Shown in pieces: positions 1 through 21,230 of a stretch of DNA of 64,000 nucleotides (position 1 is the stretch's first letter; the number at the start of each line of letters is the position of its first letter). The position numbers and the translations under genes were made by a program. The DNA comes from the human T2T-CHM13v2.0 reference genome, Homo sapiens. The notes beneath the pieces were generated by a model, which made no database searches, had not been told where the DNA came from, and saw only the letters and a program-made list of their open reading frames with translations. The stretch is taken from assembly GCF_009914755.1 (NCBI RefSeq), contig NC_060927.1; one strand, written 5' to 3'.

Positions 1-90
1 CATCATATGTTCCCAGCCAATTTATTTGCTTACTCTGTCATGATCATTCTTTTTGCCATTATTATTATTATTCCATGTCTTTTTGAGCAG

Positions 91-196
91 TTTGAACTTT
101 TAATGGATGGTGAGCAGCAAGCAAATTGATATGTTGGAGATGCTGCAGGACATTATGGCAGAGTTGCACAATGAGTGTTAAAATGTACGTTTTATG
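91..196 (+). pseudogene. Candidate pseudo-exon E1
   Basis: TTTTGAGCAG acceptor; ATG/GTAAGT donor; 106 nt. Reads FELLMDGEQQAN*YVGDAAGHYGRVAQ*VLKCTFY in one frame and MVSSKQIDMLEMLQDIMAELHNEC* in another, so an internal frameshift is likely. Confidence 0.5.
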
Positions 197-648
197 GTAA
201 GTGAGCACCTTCCAACTACTGGTAGAGATAACTAATGGTAAAGTTCAGCAGTCAATCAGGGGTTAGGGGAGGTCTTTTGAAATATAAAGATCAACTAAAA
301 ACAGCCTTGTAGGGAGTGACCAACAATTGTTTGTATAGTAGCCTGCAGAAATTATGCCTGCAGGAATGTCACAACTTTTGATTTGAAAAGTAAATGGTGG
401 TTGCCTGTGTATGGTGTCAGGAAAAACATTCCCATGGCCTTTTGCTGTAGGGATCTCTTACAGTCCAGTTAGCCTTTTTGTGTCAAATGCAATCATCCCA
501 TGCTACATACAATTTGTCTGTAAAATTCTTACAGTGCAATGTGATGTAGATTAAATGAGATAGCCTATAAAAGTCTCCTCTCAAGTCAGAGGTTGCATGG
601 AATCTAATTAGACTAATTAGATCTAATTTAATATCTGAAACATAGTAA

Positions 649-993
<345 letters not shown>

Positions 994-1377
994 TAAGAGT
1001 TATGGTTGGAAATAGGGAAGCAAGGCATAAAGAGGCCTAACCCAATCTAAAGCATTAGATGACACATGACATAAATCTTGAATAAATAGGAGTTTATCAT
1101 AAACTACATTCAGTGTAGAGAGAGAGCAGCATGAGCTAGGGTGGAGTGTGAGAACACTTGTGACATCAGGGCAACTGCTAGTAGATTAGTATGACTGAAT
1201 AAACGGTGATGGAGAAAGAGATGAGACAGTGTAAGATCATAAGTATTGGGCCTTCTCTGAGAGATCCTGAGGAATGGTCGAAAGAAGGTAAGTGGGGATG
1301 ATCACTATGTTGTATCACTGGCTGCAGTGTGGAGGTTATATTGAAGAGGAAAACAGTGCAAACAGGGAAGCTTATAA

Positions 1378-1703
<326 letters not shown>

Positions 1704-1732
1704 ATAAGCCTCTTTTTTTAAGGTAGGTACTC

Positions 1733-2020
<288 letters not shown>

Positions 2021-2320
2021 ATAACAAAAAGAGAGAGAGAGAGAAGGTAGGTACTGACTGGATGTGGGAGATGAAGGAGCAGTCAAGGATAACCACAGAA
2101 TTCTGGTTTACTCTACTGCGTGGAAAGATGCAGCATTCACTGAGAATACAGAATACCATATCCAAATGTTCAGAAGGCACAGGGACATTTGAGGCTTGAC
2201 CAGATCCTCTAGCAGTAGCCTAGTTTAATTATTTAAGACAAAATGAAAGTCTTATTTGCTCCATGTTGTCTTCCATGTGATTCCACAATATTCTGTTTGC
2301 CTTTGTGTTTCCTATGCTGC

Positions 2321-2702
2321 TGATACGGTTTGGATTTGGGTCCCCACCCAAATCTCCTGCCGAATTGTAATCTCCAGTGTTGGAGCAGGGGCCTGATGGG
2401 AGGTGACTGGATCATGGGACGGATTTCGCCCTTGCTGTTCTCATGATACTGAGTGAGTTCCCATGAGATCTGGTTGTTTAAAAGTGTGTAGCAACTCCCA
2501 CTTCTCTTGCTTCCTCCTGCTCTGGCCATGTAAGACGTGCCTCCTTCCTTTTCGCCTTTTGCCATGATTGTAAGTTTCCAGAGGCCTCCCCAGCCATGCC
2601 TCCTATACAGCCTGCAGAACTGTGAGCCAATTAAACCCTTTTCTTTATAAATTACCCAGCCTCAGGTAGTTCTTTACAGCAATGCAAGAATAGACTAATA
2701 CA
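2321..2702 (+). mobile_element. MaLR solo LTR (MSTA-like)
   Basis: TGATACGGTTTGG...GACTAATACA termini; perfect 5-bp TSD GCTGC (2316-2320 and 2703-2707). Confidence 0.9.
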
Positions 2703-2789
2703 GCTGCCTAAAGATTATTCCCCATTTTATCAATTGAATATCTACTTCAGTGTAATTTCTGTGTATAGTTCCCTAATTGTTCCAGGCTC

Positions 2790-3335
2790 TGTGACAGAAA
2801 GGTCATTTGCCCACATGACAGCTATTGCCCTCCTTACCTGCAGAACACCAGTTTTATTAGGGATGATGATGATTTCAGACACACCTAATCAATCCTGACT
2901 GCTAATAAGCCAATCATGTCAATTCCACTGCATTTTTCCATTTACTTTCCCAATTTTCAGTGAAGCTAGCCATGGCCATGGGACCCTTTTCTTGCAATTA
3001 AATTTAAAACAGAATTTACCGGAAGTTTTCTAGGAAAACTTTTCCTCCCAAGTAAGAAAGAAACTCCTTTTTCCTCCAACTTGTCCCCTTATTCCTCCTT
3101 GGAATGCCAAGGTTGGGGATATGATGCTTAAAGCTACAGGAGCTGTGTTGCAGAATAATTAAACTTGCCAAAGCCAAAAGAGAGAACATCCTGTATCTTG
3201 TTGTTGAGTTCATTCAGCCTTTGCCCATAACCGGGAACTACCTGCCTCCTGACTGCTGATTAAACAAGATAACAAAGATCGTTATTGCTTAAACCACCGT
3301 TAGCTGTGTGTTCTGATGTTTGCAGCTGAATGATA
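2790..3335 (+). mobile_element. Old MaLR LTR (MLT1J/K-like), degenerate
   Basis: MLT1-type 3' end TTGCTTAAACCAC...GTTTGCAGCTGAA; boundaries approximate. Confidence 0.45.
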
Positions 3336-3394
3336 TGGGTGTCTAAATCTTTTGTCTCCAAATTTGAAGGCAAGAATCAAGTACTTGGTTTCCC

Positions 3395-3691
3395 TTTTTT
3401 TTTTTTTTTTTTTGAGAGGGAGTCTCGCTCTATTGCCCAGTCTGGAGGGCAATAACGCAATCTTGGCTCACTACACTCTCCGCCCCCCAGGTTCAAGTGA
3501 TTCTCCTGCCTCAGCCTCTTGAGTAGCTGGGATTACAGACACCCGCCACCATGCCCAGTCAATTTTTGTAATGTTAGTAGAGATGGGGTTTTGCCATGTT
3601 GGCCAGGCTGGTCTCAAACTCCTGACCTCAGGTGATCCACCCGCCTTGGCCTCCGAAAGTGCTAGGATTACAGGTGTAAGCCACCGTGCCT
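3395..3691 (-). mobile_element. Alu (AluS type)
   Basis: Poly-T plus full antisense dimer. Confidence 0.93.
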
Positions 3692-3994
3692 CGACGTGTT
3701 TGGTTTTCTTTAACATTTGACTTTAATTAATTTGTCAAAGTGATTACTACTTCCCTTTTCCTGTGTACATTTTCTCAGCTTTCCCTTCAGAGGGCTGCAT
3801 AGGAAACTACATTCTAAAGAAGACTGAGCATACACTGAGGCAGAAACTGGCAGCTTACAGCATGTTTGCAAGTTGAAGCATGGGAGGTAGCTTTTGCTTC
3901 CCCCCAACAGCTGAGACTAAGAGAGTCAACGATGTCTACAAATCAACCCCACTTTCCAATAATAATGACTAAATTTATAAAGCTAAAATTCATA

Positions 3995-4185
3995 TGATTC
4001 TTACAATGTGCCAGCTGCGGTTCCAATTTTTATCCTCATAACAGCATAATGACATTAGTACTTTTAATCCCTCCATTTTACAATGATAAAACTGAGTCAC
4101 AGAGAGGTTAAGAAATTTACCTGAGGTCACAGAGTTTACAAGTATTAGAGATGGGATTTGAACCCAGGCATTTTGAAACTGGGTA
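3995..4185 (-). mobile_element. MIR
   Basis: Core CCATTTTACAATGATAAAACTGAGTCACAGAGAGGTTAAG...GGATTTGAACCCAGG. Confidence 0.85.
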
Positions 4186-4430
4186 CTAAGTCACATGCTG
4201 CTCAGACAGCTACAGATACAGCTTTTTATCTGCAGGCTCTGCTTTAGGGAACTAGTACAACAAATACCTCATTATACTGAAAAATATACATTGAGTAGTA
4301 TCTTATAAGAAAATCTACAGCTCATCCAAAATCTCTCCCCAACCCCAGCCAAAAGAAAAGAAAGAAAGAAAACAAAATCCACAGCTCATATTTTAAAACA
4401 GAATCAGGGAGCAATTGTTAAATGGTGTGG

Positions 4431-5196
<766 letters not shown>

Positions 5197-5255
5197 TATG
5201 GTCAATGTTGTTCAAAACATTATTTAAAATTACATTTTACAATCATTTTGATAAG

Positions 5256-5435
5256 CTTTTGTGATGCTGGAGCAGCATCCTGATAAGTGTATCACTTGTG
5301 AAAGCAATACATTACAACCTGTTTTTATACTACTCTATTCTTGCTGTAAACAAATTTCTACTTTAGAAGAGTTCAAAGGACCATAAATGTTGTCTAGAAA
5401 CATGGAAAATACTTAAAGAATAATGGAGTCCAAGG
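5256..5435 (+). pseudogene. Candidate pseudo-exon E2
   Basis: TTTTGATAAG acceptor; (A)FVMLEQHPDKCITCESNTLQPVFILLYSCCKQISTLEEFKGP*MLSRNMENT*RIMESK; donor appears as G/GCAAGA. Confidence 0.4.
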
Positions 5436-5707
5436 GCAAGAATCTACATCTGTGAAGTAAAATATGTACAAAAATTATTTGTAACATTTTTCAGTGTTAT
5501 TTTTAGAATTATCTTAGGATTTGCCCAGAATCTGTTAATAAAATAATTTACAGTGTCACAGACAAAAGTTTTTGTCTTGAAGAGTTTCACATTTTCTGAA
5601 TTTAGAAAAAGTACTAAAAATAGACCAAGAAGCCAGAGAAACCAGCTTTACCCAAGACTAACAATGTCACATTTAGAAAATTAGATGTTTTATTACTCAT
5701 TCTGAAG

Positions 5708-5847
5708 GTTAGGATAATGACCCAGCTTCCTGAATTATACCAGAAGTCTAGTTGTGGTCAGGAAATATCAACGGTTGCATAGCGACCCATGCTCTGGACT
5801 GGAGAAAACATAGTGTTCATGGAATTTTGTCCTTTCCTCTAGTGCTG
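5708..5847 (+). pseudogene. Candidate pseudo-exon E3
   Basis: CATTCTGAAG acceptor; CTG/GTTTGT donor; frames give ...LWSGNINGCIATHALDWRKHSVHGILSFPLVL and ...RPMLWTGENIVFMEFCPFL*. Confidence 0.45.
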
Positions 5848-6927
5848 GTTTGTGTGCTGTTTCTTGTTCAGGAGCATAGGAGCTTAGAAAGTAATTTCCT
5901 TAAAAGATAATAGGCAGCCAGTTAGGTCTGCCTGTGGTCCCATCCTCACCTTCTAAGAAGCAATTCTGAGATTACATCAATTGACAGAGGATTATTTTTA
6001 TGAAGTTGAATTAAATACAAAGCCCTCAACTTCTTCACCAATCCTTTTTAAAACTCTCCCACATTGAAACAAGAGTTTTGGCACCACACTCAGAAATGAA
6101 TGTTGAAAACTGAATTGTTTAATCATGTTGTTTTATCTCTCTTCTGCCTAATTTTATTCTTTTTAACATATATTTTAATGCAAAATATTTCTACATGGTT
6201 TATTCTGAAAAGCAGTAATCAATTGATCCCTCCCCTTTTCTTTCTCTTCCATAGGGGCAACCATTTCCAACTATTCTGGTTTTTAATTTTAGCATTTAAC
6301 TCCTTATCTGCAATTAATATATTTATAATGCTAATTGATAATTTTTAATTTTAGTCATTTATTAAATTTCCTCTGCAGAACATGAGAACTTAGCTTCCTT
6401 TCATGCTTATCCCTCCCCAAAGTACAGATTTTTCTCTTTCTTTCATCCTTCTTATAAAGATAAAACTTAATTTTAATAAAATATTCAGTATTGCATCATA
6501 ATGACTATGTTAAATACTTTCGAACCTAAGCCATGATGCTTTTTTTCTTTTTGTATAACTTTTTAGTTTACTTAATATGTACCTACATTACCTGGGTTTC
6601 TGGGTATCTAGCAGACTTAATGTCACTGGTAGAAGTGCATTATACTAATTTCATTTCTTTGTGGTGCTCTGACCTTCCCATCAAAACTGGACTACTCAAC
6701 TCTAGGCCTGCTGCCTAGCCATCATCACAGCATCCCTCTATCATTCTTCCATGATATTCCCTTTTCTCTCACTTGTGTTGGGTATCCTGAAGTTCATTTT
6801 TCTCTCTCTCAGTTTTCTCCTTCTGGAATAGTACATTCTCCCATAGCTTCCTAAGAAATGGTAAGCTGTAAGTTAATTTTCTAAGAATATTCATTTCTGG
6901 AATGCCTTATTTGTTCACCAAACAAAT

Positions 6928-7543
<616 letters not shown>

Positions 7544-7659
7544 ACCAGACAAATCTTGACTCATGTCTCAAGATAGGTCAGTTCTTACCTTCTCAAGGAA
7601 AACTTTTCTGATTGCTGTTGGCAAAGTTAAGCTTTATCGCCTATGTGCTTCTATATAAT

Positions 7660-8200
7660 TTCATTCATTCACAAATTTACTTATTCATCTACCCATTCAT
7701 TCATTCATACATCCAGCAAATATTTATTGAATACTCTCAAAGGCCAGGCACTGGCTAGGGACAAAGTTGAAGAAATCACACTAGATTTGAGTTTGTTCAT
7801 GCAAGAGAAGCCAGTAAAAGAGACTGAGAAAGGGGCCAATGACAAAGGGCCAATCAGACAAGTGTGATGTTACAAAAAAGGGAGTGTTTTGTGAAGAAAA
7901 AGATAATCGACTTTGTTAGATGATATTGAGAGGTATAGTAAGATAAAAACCAGAAGTATGCACTTAAGGTAACAACACAGACATCATTGATGACTTTGGT
8001 AAAAGCAATTTCTTTGGCGTATTGGGCAGGAAACTTCACTGAAGCAAGCTGAAAGAAGAAATCAGGGAAGCAGAGATAGAAAACATAGGTAGCTCTCTGG
8101 AGAATTGTCTGGCAAAGGGAGCAGAGAAGTGACGTCGTATTTGATGAAGAATGTGTGGTTAAATCACACACACAAAAAAGTGCAGCATGGAAAATGCTGC
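7660..8200 (-). mobile_element. L2 3' end
   Basis: (TTCA)n tail plus CAAATATTTATTGAATAC...GCCAGGCACTG typical of antisense L2. Confidence 0.75.
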
Positions 8201-8594
8201 TAGGACTCATCTGATAGAATCGGAGAGGCTGAGATGTAAGAAAGAGGGGCCCCCAAAGAATCTTCTAGCTCTCGCTCTTTGTCACTCTCTGTTCAACCCT
8301 ATATATCTGTCTTCTAGGTGATGATTTTTTCCCTTATTTTGTTCATTGTTGTAAATTAATTATGAGTGGAACATTCAATAGATTTCTCAAAATCAAAATT
8401 AGGTTCATTTTTTCCTAATTCAACTTCTCAGTCCACTGAAATATTATTTATCCCTGGGATAAAGTTCTGGCCCTACTTAAAAATGATCTGAGCTTGGGCA
8501 GGTGACATAACTAAGTTTGCTACAGTTTCATTAAAATAGGCTTAATAGTAACACTTAACCATAAACTGTTTTAAGACTTAAATGACACACTAGT

Positions 8595-10150
<1,556 letters not shown>

Positions 10151-10423
10151 AAAATGTGAAAATGGAAAAGTTTCAACAAAAGATACGATACATATATACA
10201 TTTCAGTCACTTATATATAATCACAACTTAAAGAAATGCAGAGGATGGGATTTTATAAGGCTGCGATACACACAAAAAACTATAACAAAAACATGAGCTG
10301 AGGGATAAGCACCTAACTCCCAGTTAAATCAGTGTGCTAACAGATTTGTTTCCCAAATGGCCAATAGATTATATTAGCAGTACCAGCAAATTAAAATAAA
10401 TTTTGTTTCCCCATTTGTAAAAG

Positions 10424-10508
10424 GTGGTTTTAAATAATCTTGACTATAATCAGACTATTGTGGAGTGTTTAGTCAAAGATCTTTTAAGGAGGTCAAGTAC
10501 AAAAATGG
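10424..10508 (+). pseudogene. Candidate pseudo-exon E5
   Basis: Pyrimidine tract followed by AAAAG acceptor; open VVLNNLDYNQTIVECLVKDLLRRSSTKM; donor read as G/TTGAGT (decayed GTGAGT); phase 0 to 1. Confidence 0.55.
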
Positions 10509-10631
10509 TTGAGTTCTTCTGCAACAATGATGAAAATGACAGAGCCAGTTAGAATATCAAAGATTAAACATGAAAAGAACCTGAGAAATCATCTCACCTT
10601 AATCTCTTAAATTATGTAGAGAAAAATTGAA

Positions 10632-11111
10632 TGTCAAGAATTTTGAAGGGTCTGAGATTTTACCCTGCCTGCAAGCTAATGCATTACCCTGTCTACAGTT
10701 TTGTATGCGCTGGTAGAAGACATGAGACCACGGGGTCAGAAACAAAAGACTTTACTATCCAGGCCACAGCAGGCAACATGAGCTTCATGTTCATACTGAT
10801 ATCCTGTTTCCAAGTACCATATGGTGATGAGGATGTGGGCCTACATAGATACTGCACATGCAGTAGAATTGTGTTACAGTAGTTGAGATACCCTCAGCTT
10901 AGGAAACCCTCAATCTTATAGGGAGAATGCTAGCAAACCTGCCTAATATTTCGCAGGAAGGAAAAAATTATATTTATCATCCTGGTTAGGAAACAAATCT
11001 GTCACCTGACCTGGAAGGAGATATTAGGCATATAAACAGAACAAAGATGTGAAAGCCTCTTGCCCAGATGCCCAAAAATATGAGAGACACATAGAGAATT
11101 GTCTCCCAACA
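10632..11111 (-). mobile_element. ERVL-class solo LTR (LTR40-like)
   Basis: Minus strand TGTTGGGAGACAATTCTC...AAATCTCAGACCCTTCAAAATTCTTGACA; TG...CA termini. Confidence 0.7.
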
Positions 11112-11214
11112 CTGAGATCTAGTGAGGAGAAAGAGATTATTTAAGATCACCAACTAAAGTGCTGAATTCTTAACTAGTACAAAAAAAATGGTACAAATAC
11201 ATAATTTAATATTT

Positions 11215-11813
11215 GGTAGATAGGTGGACAAAGCCCAAGGTGACATCTTAATAAGTTAATCTCCTTTCCTTGAGGGCAGGCAGAATCTGTGACTTAGTTT
11301 TCATTAATAGAATATGCTAAAGGTGATGCAATGACACTCCCATGATTAGGTTACTCTATGTGTCTATCTAGATCTATCTATAGCTTAGCATACCTGAAGT
11401 ATATAAAAGGTCATATATGTATGACTGCTAGCAGACCAAAGTTGAGACCTTCTAACCTTGAAGAAACAAACTCCCATGTTGCAACTGCCTATGTAAAGGT
11501 TCATGTAGCGGGAAATTATGAGCGGCCTCTAGGGTCTGACAGCCAATAAAACCTGGGGCCTCAGTCATACAGCCACAAAGATCAGAATTCTGCCAACAAC
11601 CTAAATGAGCTCAGAAGCAGATTCTTTCCTAGTTGAGCCTCCAGATAAGACAGTGGTTTAGCCAACGTGTTGACTGCAGCTTTTTGAAACACTCAGCAGA
11701 GGACCCAGTTAAGCTGGGCCCAGGCTCCTGACCCAGAGAAACTGTGGAATATATGTTGTCTTATGGTGCCAAATTTGCAGTAATCTGTTACATAGCAATA
11801 GAAAACTAATACA
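11215..11813 (+). mobile_element. MaLR LTR (MLT1E/F-like)
   Basis: AATTCTGCCAACAACC...GAGGACCCAG...ATAGCAATAGAAAACTAATACA terminus. Confidence 0.8.
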
Positions 11814-11814
11814 C

Positions 11815-12128
<314 letters not shown>

Positions 12129-12753
12129 TCAGCGTAGACCAGAATTTAACCTGTTGGACACCTTCTTTTTTTGTCACAATAAAATAGAAATGAGATCTTC
12201 TTGAAATTTATCCTGTAACTATATTGGTCTTGGCCTGGAAGGCTTAAGCTGACCCTACTTAGATCATTCCTTAGATTGTCTAAATTATTTCTACCAATAA
12301 ATCTGGTTGGTTGGTTGTTTGTCTTGCTTCATAGTCACCCCATCCAGAATAGAACCAAAGTTAAAAAGCCCTTCAGTTGATTCCCCATTCCCACTGGTGA
12401 AACCCCATCAATTATCCCAATCCACAGTCTTTATTGAAACTCTACAATTTGCATATTACTATAAAATTTAGCACTTAGTTGTTCTTACCAGTTGTAATTT
12501 TTTCCAGCATAATTGTATGTCCTCTCTTTTTCTTACAGATATTTTTATATTTCTATGACATTTGACACAGAGTTAGGCAAAAGGAGATGCTCTTAAGTAT
12601 GTGTTGTTTGACAAACATGATCTGAGTTTTCAGAAGTTCCTGCTAACAACTGATCTGCCCTGGATACTGTAGAATTTATTTAGTACAAAATTGTCACCTC
12701 CTTTACCCAGTCAGTTTTGGTTTATCCCAAAATCCTCAGGACTGAGTTATTAC

Positions 12754-13010
12754 AAAAAAGAAGAAGAAGGAGGAGGAGGAGAGGAGGAAGGAAGGGAAGG
12801 AAGGGAAGGAAGGGAAGGAAGGGAAGGAAGGAGAAGAAGGAGGAGAAGGAGAAGAAGGAGAAGAAGGAGGAGAAGGAGGAGAAGAAGGAGAAGAAGGAGG
12901 AGAAGGAGGAGAAGAAGGAGAAGGAGGAGAAGAAGGAGAAGGAGGAGAAGAAGGAGGAGAATGAGGAGAAGAAGAAGGAGGAGGAGGAGGAGAAGGAGAA
13001 GGAGAAGAAA
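12754..13010 (+). repeat. Polypurine compound tandem repeat (GAA/GGA/GAG triplets plus GGAAGGGAA units)
   Basis: 257 nt of A/G with a single T at 12962. Confidence 0.97.
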
Positions 13011-13236
13011 CAACCACCTCTGGAAAAAAATAAGATCTTAGGTCACTTTTGGAGTTAGTTCTATTTTTAGTCACCATGTAATATAACTTATACATAGGTC
13101 AGAGGGCACATCCATTTGAATACTCGGGATCATCTAAAAATTAAATTAGAGTTTCAACATATTTGCTCCAAAAAGAAGAATAAAATAAATAATTCAAAGA
13201 TCATAAAAATGAGGAGAAAAAAATATTCAAGATAAC

Positions 13237-16535
<3,299 letters not shown>

Positions 16536-16539
16536 AATG

Positions 16540-16912
16540 GGTTTCAGCGGGCTAAAATCAAGGTGTCTGCAGTACTGAGTTCCTTCCTTGAGGCTCAAGA
16601 GAGGATTCCAATTTACTCATCTATTCCAGATTCTAGAGGCTGCCCACATTCCTTGGCTTGTGGCTTTCTTCCATCTTCAAAGGCAGCAAAAGCCAGTGAA
16701 GTCATTCTCACATTGCATCACTGTGATTCTGACTCTTCCACCCTTTTCCACATATAAGGACTTTGGTGATTACATTGTGCCCACTTGGATAATCTAGGAT
16801 AATCTCATAATTTTAAGGTCAGGTGATTAGCACCCTTAATTCCATCTGCTACTTTAATTTCTGGGGATTAGGGCATGCACATCTCTGGGGAGCCACTATT
16901 CTGCCTACCACA
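16540..16912 (-). mobile_element. MaLR LTR (MLT1C/D-like), partial
   Basis: AAATCAAGGTGTC...TTCTAGAGGCTGCCCACATTCCTTGGC...ATTCTGCCTACCACA terminus. Confidence 0.8.
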
Positions 16913-17057
16913 ATCTGTATCTCCACATACTAATAACACACTCCTTGTTACTTGAGAATGAATTGCACACATCTTACTTCAGAACAAATCGCTGACATCA
17001 TATCATCTCATTCAGACCTATTTCAGTATGTATTTTTTTTTAAATAAGGATTCTACT

Positions 17058-17572
17058 AGCCAGGCATGGGGCAAGCACCTGCAGTCCCAAATACTTGGAG
17101 TTAAGTGGGAGGGTTGCTTGAGCTCAGAAGTTCAAGGGTCCAGTGAGCTTTGATAGTGCCCCTGCACTCCAGCTCGAGCAACAGAGGGAGACCCCATCTT
17201 GAAAAAAAAAAAAAGATAAAAATTATTTTAAAAAGACAACAATCACACCTAAAAAAATCAGTAATAATTTCTTGGCAGGTGCAGTGGCTACACCTGTAAT
17301 CTCTAGCAGTTTGGGAGGCCAAGGCGAGTGGATCACTTGACCTCAGGAGTTCAAGACCAGCCTGGGCAACTTGGTGAGACCCCCATCTCTATAAAAAATA
17401 CAAAACTTAGCCAGGTGTGATGATGCATGCCTGTAGGCCCAGCTACTTGGAGGGCTGAGGCGAGAGGATCCCTTGAGCCCAGGAGGTGGAGGTTGCAGTG
17501 AGCCGAGATCGCACCACTTCACTTCAGTCTGGGTGACAGCGTGAGACCTTGTCTCAAAATAATAATAATAAT
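17058..17572 (+). mobile_element. Alu right monomer (17058-17215) and AluJ (17274-17572)
   Basis: Alu consensus. Confidence 0.88.
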
Positions 17573-18285
17573 TTCTTTAAATTATCAATTATTGTCTTAA
17601 GAGTAACTATTCAGTAATTAAATTACTCTTATTCAAATATAATTTTTAAACTATTTTTCAATTTGTTTGAAACAGAATTCAAACAGAATTCATATGCCAT
17701 TGCATAATTTTCTATTAAAAGGACAATATTTCTGAGGATTCCCTAATATTAAATTATTTTAATTATATTGTTGACTAAATACATACAAACATGAAACCAG
17801 AGATAAATTCCTCAAATGTGAATCTCATACATTTATAAAATCAAAAATATTCTTGAAAGAAACCTATGACCCCAGTTTGAGAAACATTGTTCCTGCGTCA
17901 TTGTCTGCAGAGTTCATTTTAAAATTAGTTTTTTATGTCTTGTGAGTGCTCATTATTACCTAAACTATTGCTTACTTTCTTGTTTCATAGTCATTTTTAC
18001 AAACACATTTTGGTCACCTACTATATGCCAGTCACTTCTCCTAGCTACCAGAAACAAAAAGGGGAAGAAGACTTGCTTAATGGCTCATAGTGAACTTTTC
18101 AAAAAATTTTGTATTCTCAGAACAACTGTAATACGAGCTCTGTGAAGGTGGGAACCAGCTCTTAGGCATCTTTGATTCCCCAGAAGGCCAAACAGAGTGC
18201 ATTTACAAAGTCATTACTCAATCAATGTTCAATAATTAATTAGAGTTAGAAGCCTATATTTTAATCAGTCTGTTAAATGTGACAG

Positions 18286-18351
18286 GCAGACCTGGACAGG
18301 AAGTACCATGTTACTACACAGTATTCTCTTTTCTGCTGAAAAGAAGAAGAG
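18286..18351 (+). pseudogene. Candidate pseudo-exon E7
   Basis: GACAG acceptor; strong GAG/GTGAGT donor; 66 nt, phase 2-2; open QTWTGSTMLLHSILFSAEKKK(R). Confidence 0.55.
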
Positions 18352-18608
18352 GTGAGTCCGTGTGCGTTGGCAGTTATGGTGAAGACACAGTTGCTTGGTG
18401 AAAGCGACAGGTGTAACAGCCACTGTGGTAACTTGGAGCCAAGCAAGCTATAAAGCTGACCTCCTCAGTGCAGATCCTTACCAGTCAGTATAATAGATGG
18501 ATAGCTATTATGGGTCAACAGTGATGAATACGATTTGCTCAAAATAACCCAACATATTCAGCTCTTTGGGGACAGTGAACATTTATCACTGATTGTTAAT
18601 CCTTTCAG

Positions 18609-18719
18609 GAGTCCATTTCAAGGCTAGCAAGGTTCTTTTCTGGATTTATTTTTCCTTTGTGTATCAGGCCCAGAGTCCTACTCATTCAGAAAAATGTTTA
18701 CTTTCCGGGGCTATGCTAG
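18609..18719 (+). pseudogene. Candidate pseudo-exon E8
   Basis: CCTTTCAG acceptor with an upstream ACTGAT branch-like motif; TAG/GTATGT donor; 111 nt, phase 2-2; SPFQG*QGSFLDLFFLCVSGPESYSFRKMFTFRGYA(R). Confidence 0.55.
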
Positions 18720-19201
18720 GTATGTATCTCCTGGGTATTTAATCATGGAACTGCATGGTAGATGAGTCCCAGATCCTAAGGCTAACTTGCTACCCTCTTT
18801 CCAGCACGTACAAAAAAGAGAGACTCTTTGGCTTGCATTGTTAAATGACATCTGGTACAAATTTCAGTATAACACCTGAAATGGATTAGACATTGATAGA
18901 CAGTAATACGTTTTAAAACAATAGATTAATCTATTAATTCTCAAAGAGCAAAGGCCTCAGGAAAAGTATGCTCAGGGAGTACAAAGGAGTTTTGAAACAC
19001 ATAGCACATGTTGCAACTGTCCAAGTGGGTAGGTAAAATTTTGTGGCCTTGAGGAGAATGGGAGCATAGAGACACTAAAAAAGGAGAGCTATATCCCAAT
19101 TTCATAAATCTGGGGTTCTTACTTATGTTCATGCTCATCCCTGAGTATAGGATAAATCCTTTATGTGCAGAGGCCAGATTGTGCATGTCTTTGCGCCCCA
19201 A

Positions 19202-20064
<863 letters not shown>

Positions 20065-20226
20065 TCACTACATGTATTTAATTACCCTAGAAAAACAAAG
20101 GCATAATAAACTATAAATTGGTTAGGTCTGTAGATCTGAGAGATATAACAGTCTGAGAGAAAAAGATAAAATGCAGGCGCACTATAACAACATGTACCTA
20201 TCAAAGATATTGTGGGTTTTTTTTAA

Positions 20227-20580
<354 letters not shown>

Positions 20581-21190
20581 TGAGCCACTGTGCCCGGCCA
20601 AGTATCTGCTTTCAAAGTGAGATGTTTGCCCCTAGAGGTATAAAAAACAATTCAATGGTACATAAGGTGAACATATTAAAATTTTTCTTTACATTTTTAT
20701 TTTTTAAAGGAGCTATACTAATAGTTTAGCATTCAGATTGACATTGGTACCTATACTCAATCCATATGTAAAATAGTTCATGAGATTAATAGCAGCACTC
20801 TCAGATTATTGAAATTTTCTCTAGTTTATGTGTGTCTTGTTAAATGAATGCAACTAAGTGGACAAATGACTTCGGAAGATTCCTTCAAGGGAAATGCAGA
20901 TTTAAAATAATTCAAATAGGCCAGCCATGGTGGTTCACGCCTGTAATCCCAGCACTTTGGGAGGCCAAGGCTGGCAGATCACCTGAGGTCAAGAGTTCAA
21001 GACCAGCCTGGCCAACATGGTGAAGCCCCGTCTCTACAAAAATTAGCCAGGCATGATGGTGGGTGCCTATAATCCCAGCTACTCAGGTGGCTGAGGCAGG
21101 AGAATCACTTGAGGCCGGGAAGCAGAGGTTGCAATGAGCAGAGATTGTGCCATTGCACTTTAGCCTGAGCAACAGAGCAAGTCTCCATCT

Positions 21191-21230
<40 letters not shown>

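Noticed and set aside
12691-13095. Poly-R, KE-rich, SP-rich and poly-L ORFs
   Set aside because: All four are frames of one polypurine tandem repeat that cannot contain stops; no splice or codon evidence.
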